A stretch of 64,000 bases of DNA from Selaginella moellendorffii (taxonomy: Eukaryota > Plantae > Lycopodiophyta), in the NCBI RefSeq assembly GCF_000143415.4, contig NW_003314301.1:766961-830960 (forward strand). The letters run 5' to 3'. This document shows, one piece after another, positions 60,152-64,000 of the stretch (within the stretch, counting starts at the first letter, position 1; every line of letters starts with the position of its first letter). The position numbers and the translations under genes were made by a program. The notes under the pieces were generated by a model that saw nothing but the letters and a program-made list of their open reading frames with translations, was not told the DNA's origin and searched no databases.

Positions 60152-63100
60152 AAGTATCAATTTGTGAAGTTGAGCAATGGCATGTGTTGGGACCCGAAGG
60201 CGCACCGAAGGTAAGCTAATTAGCATGGGTTAGCTAGGTCGACCAGGCGTAGGGAACTATGCCTGACTCCCCATGGGGATGGCGAAACCGTAGACATATT
60301 CTACGGAGGTTGGGTTCGAGTCCCAACCCCCTAGTAAAGCAAGGCTGGGTTCAAGTCCCAACCCCATACTAGGGCGTGGTGGGGTGAGGAGTATAGGGAC
60401 ACCTATATTCCGTTGTCATGGGCTCTTGGCCGGGGAGGCTAACTTAGGCACACCGCTAAGTGGAGGGATGCCCCTGGAGACATGGTCAACAAGTTGTAGG
60501 ATTAAAAAGAGAAATGTTCGATATGGGCATCGAACTTCTTCTATGGGTGGTGGAGTTGTAAGGAACCAACTCCCCGAGGTGTCGTAGGCTAAAGAATCCC
60601 CAAAAGTATGACCAAAATGATAAAGAGTTCATCGGATGGGACCGAGTCTGAGATCGAGTCCAAGACCGACTCTGAGACCAAGTTCGAGATAGAGTCCGGA
60701 ATCGAGTCCGAGGCTGACTCGGAGACCGAGTTCGAGACTGAGTTCGAGACGGAGTCCGAGATCCGAAATCGGGTCCGAGACCGAGTCCGAGGTTGAGTCC
60801 GAGGTTGGGTCCAAGATCGAGTCTGAGATCGAGTCCGAAACCGAATCCGAAGTCGGATCCGAGATCGAGTCCGAGATCGAGCCAAAGACTGAGTCCGAGT
60901 ACTAATACGGGTCAAAAGGTGAAAGCCCAAAGCGTGCGTCTCCCAGGGGGGGGGGCTGCAGGGGGTTCCAAAAGTATAGTAGGGATAGTGAGGTCCAGGA
61001 ACCAGTTTTGAAGGAACTCTTTAGTGGGGCTTCCAAACTGACTTGAGGTTGAGATTGGGACCGAGGGGCCTTGGGTGGGAGTGAGCATGTACTCAGTTGG
61101 TGCCGAAGGGGCCATCCAAGGAAGTGCTCAAGAGCAGCTCCCACTCCCGAAAGGGAAACCGATTGTGGTGCTCCCAGCTCATGTGGAGTGGTGCCCCATT
61201 TGAGTACCATGCGGCTCATTGGTCCTCGCCCTTCCTAGGGGCTTGGGCCTTCCTTCGGGATGGAAGTGGGGGGGTAGAGGTACCCATACCGGGTTGTTAG
61301 GCCACGGTGTTTCGCCCCAGCGTCCCAAAGCAAGTGTTGCACCCAAGACTTGGGATTTAGAGGGTCCCATGATCAAGTCTTGTGGTACCAAGGGGTTTTA
61401 GGAACCTGGAGGCTTGGTGTGCTTGGCTGCTTGTGCCTGCGGGGAGTGTAGCCGAACCTTAAGTCCAGTCTAACCCGGGGAGGGGGATTGGGAGGGATTT
61501 GGGAATTCGTGGATGGATGGCTAACACTCCGTTGCTCGTGCAGTGAGTAGCTAAAACCAAGTAAGACCAAGTAAGAGCTAGTACCATAGGCAAGAACCTT
61601 GGCAAGGGAACTTAAAAAAAGCCAAGGCAATGTTAGACGGATAAATGAGGTAAGCTGGCAAATTGGAAAGGAAAAATTTGTGGCTTACACAAGGGTCCAT
61701 AGCAACTGAGACTGGGTGTCCCCTTCTCATTCACCACATCCTTGGTGCCCTTTGCACCAAAGTGTTCAAGTTAGATATGCTAAGCCACACTAAGCAATCT
61801 AACCGTATATCATGACTCCGGGGCATCCCCCACTTGGCGGTGTGCCCAAGCTATTCTCCTTACTAAGAGTCCATGACCACCGAAAAATGAGTGTCCTCAT
61901 ATTCCAAACTATCACCCCGCTCTAGTGAGTTGGGACTCGAACCCAAGCACTAAAAGGTCGGGACTTAAACTCAACCTCTGTATATGCATCTACGGACGGC
62001 ATCACACAGGATGTTTGGCATGACTTCCCACGTCGGTGCACTAACATATACTTAAAGCACGCTATAGATCACAGCTTAGGAACCTAGTTCCTCCGCACTG
62101 CCAAGTCCTCTCAGCTGACAAGTCTGTGATCATGCATGGACTCCTCCATGCTCAGCCCCATGGGCCACCCTTTTTTAAGTTAGCACCTTCGACTAGGGAA
62201 TTTGTTCCCCTGACTTGCCAATCTTGCTTAGCAAGTCATCTGGCCACCGTAACATGGTTCATGCATAAGCGTGAAAGTCCTTAACCATCGACTTTCATTC
62301 AAAGCCCTCTCTTTGAACACTCAGGAACTACTTCCCCAACCTTGATAGCCTCGCCTCATGGTTAGCTTCAAGACCACGCTTCTGCTGTGCCACTCTAATT
62401 TCGCACACCCTAGGAACCATTTACCCTTGGCTTTCTAAGTACTTATTTACCTAGAATTGTCTTTGGGAATCTTCAAGGAACTTTGTTCCTTAGCTTGCTA
62501 AGGTTTCTCCTTTGCAAGCTCCCTACTCGCCATATGATCTAACATGGATAATTTCACATTTTAGACTCTCAATGGCATTGTGGCTACTAGTAACACCATT
62601 TACGAACACCCTCTTGATTCTCCACTCCCAACTTGCATAACCATCGTTGGTTATGCCATTCGATTTCTATGGTTCAGTTCCATCCCAATATTACTTGCCT
62701 TTTGGCCTCATATGTTTCCTTTGGTTATTCTCCTCCAGACTAGGAGGATAACTTTGCACCTTCTACCATGCCTTAGCACGTATTCATAGGGATGAACCTA
62801 CCCGATAGCTTAGGGAGTGGTTCCTCAATCTAGGCATACTCATCTTATAATCCCACACACTGGGATTAACGTTGCTACTTATGGGCCTCTATATGCCCAT
62901 CACTAGCCTTGCCAAAATCCCATTTTTGGCTTTGTCCAAATCGGGTAGACGGATTTCTCCTGTCTCCAGAACCTTGGACGTTTGGATAGCACCTCCTATC
63001 CATCATTCGCTAGGGACTTAGTCCTTTGAGCCCTATATAATGCCTTTGCGACACCAAACACCACTTCCTGGTGTTTTAGAGTGTTTGGGTGTCCTAATGA

Positions 63101-64000
63101 TGGCTTTCTTTGGCAATGAGCATTCTTTTTACGACATTGACTTACTATATCGCAACATAAGCAGTTTCTCCCCCATAAGGGTATATCTAACTTCCTTATT
63201 CCAATAAGAAGTCTTAGGTAGTTACCTTCTACTAATTTAACCAATTATTTTGCACCTTTTGCTTAGTTGCCTCATAGTTGTCAAGTCCTACAACTCATTA
63301 TTGGTGCTTCCACACCTCCATCATTATTTGGGTCACCACACTCTAACCACATGTCTTCCAGCTTAGGCTATGCCATTCCCATTTTCATTGGGATTCCTTT
63401 GGAAGGAGTTCTCATGAACCCGCCAACTTGACCTCAAGGCAACACGCTTTGGCACATTTGGTGTCTCCACACCCTCGGCTCTACAAGCCTACCTTTATGA
63501 CACTCCCCACTTGTGTCCCAGTCTTTGCCAAGACCAAAACAATCGTTTTTCATGCCAATTATCAGTTAGCACTGCACCATAGTGTTCACACACAACTCTA
63601 TGCTAAAGTTGCTTTTTTTTTGGGGAACACTTTTCCCACGACTTTAGTATGTCACATTTTGCCATTAATGAGATACCCTTTGTTCTCATACTTGGATCCT
63701 AAATTTGAGGTGCCAGCTCATTGGAATACAACTTCTTGTATTTAGGTCCTACTCACAAGGACCATCTTTGCAAATGTTACTCCGACACTTGATTTATTCT
63801 CTTAGGGCAACCTTTTGCCCCTTAGGACCACTTGTCCATGTGATGAGAATACCAATTCATCCTCTAAGTACACCCCCAACTCCTTGGGTTGTTCCAGCAT
63901 TTATTAGAGGTAGCCCCGGCTACCATTTCAAGGACTTGTATCCTCTTTTATATTTGACCTCCCAAGGTCATCAATTCCAATCTCAAATTTATGAGCACCA

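Larger units (their letters stand above)
48552..61689 (+). mobile_element. Chromoviral Ty3/gypsy LTR retrotransposon (element 3)
   Basis: LTRs 48552-55282 (interrupted by element 4) and 60557-61689. TSD CAAGG (48547-48551, 61690-61694). PBS TGGTATCGGAGCC at 55286-55298. Confidence 0.95.
45663..64000 (-). mobile_element. LTR element 2 (same family as 1; 3' LTR 45663-47317; internal 47318-48551 and 61695 to window end)
   Basis: Inserted after TTATTTACCTAG. The uninterrupted paralogous site is at 62443-62460. Internal sequence parallels 44394-45662. Confidence 0.8.

Noticed and set aside
60117-60230. Further introns after the chromodomain of element 3
   Set aside because: A GC donor and a GTAAG are visible, but no conserved motif is restored by splicing.
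60308-60364. tRNA gene or SINE
   Set aside because: Only T-arm/B-box motifs are present, with no A-box, D-arm or acceptor stem.

Overview
Eukaryotic plant nuclear DNA, most likely the lycophyte Selaginella (inferred from ~50-nt introns, compact genes, PLS-type PPR style and TTTAGGG telo-boxes). About 3.8-18 kb is a cluster of damaged host genes: a PPR pseudogene, two ZIP4/SPO22 fragments, an RPW8-type NLR split by a pogo (DD35D) transposon, and an amino-acid transporter. From 19 kb on the window is nested transposons. A ~20-kb decayed Ty3/gypsy element (19324-39382) splits a gene with an RNase H1-type hybrid-binding domain. It carries inside it a 13.2-kb Sola-like DNA transposon (24218-37382), which encodes a DDE transposase and a ParB + degenerate amino-methyltransferase + FCP1-like phosphatase cargo gene and holds ~27 copies of a 22-bp palindrome, many inside its tiny introns. 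From 42.8 kb there is a four-level LTR nest. It includes a chromovirus whose integrase is split by GT-AG introns, and a sushi/Tcn1-like element with Tf1-type self-priming and a PEG10-type -1 frameshift. Almost all ORFs carry stops or frameshifts. All family assignments come from motif recognition by eye; no database search was run.
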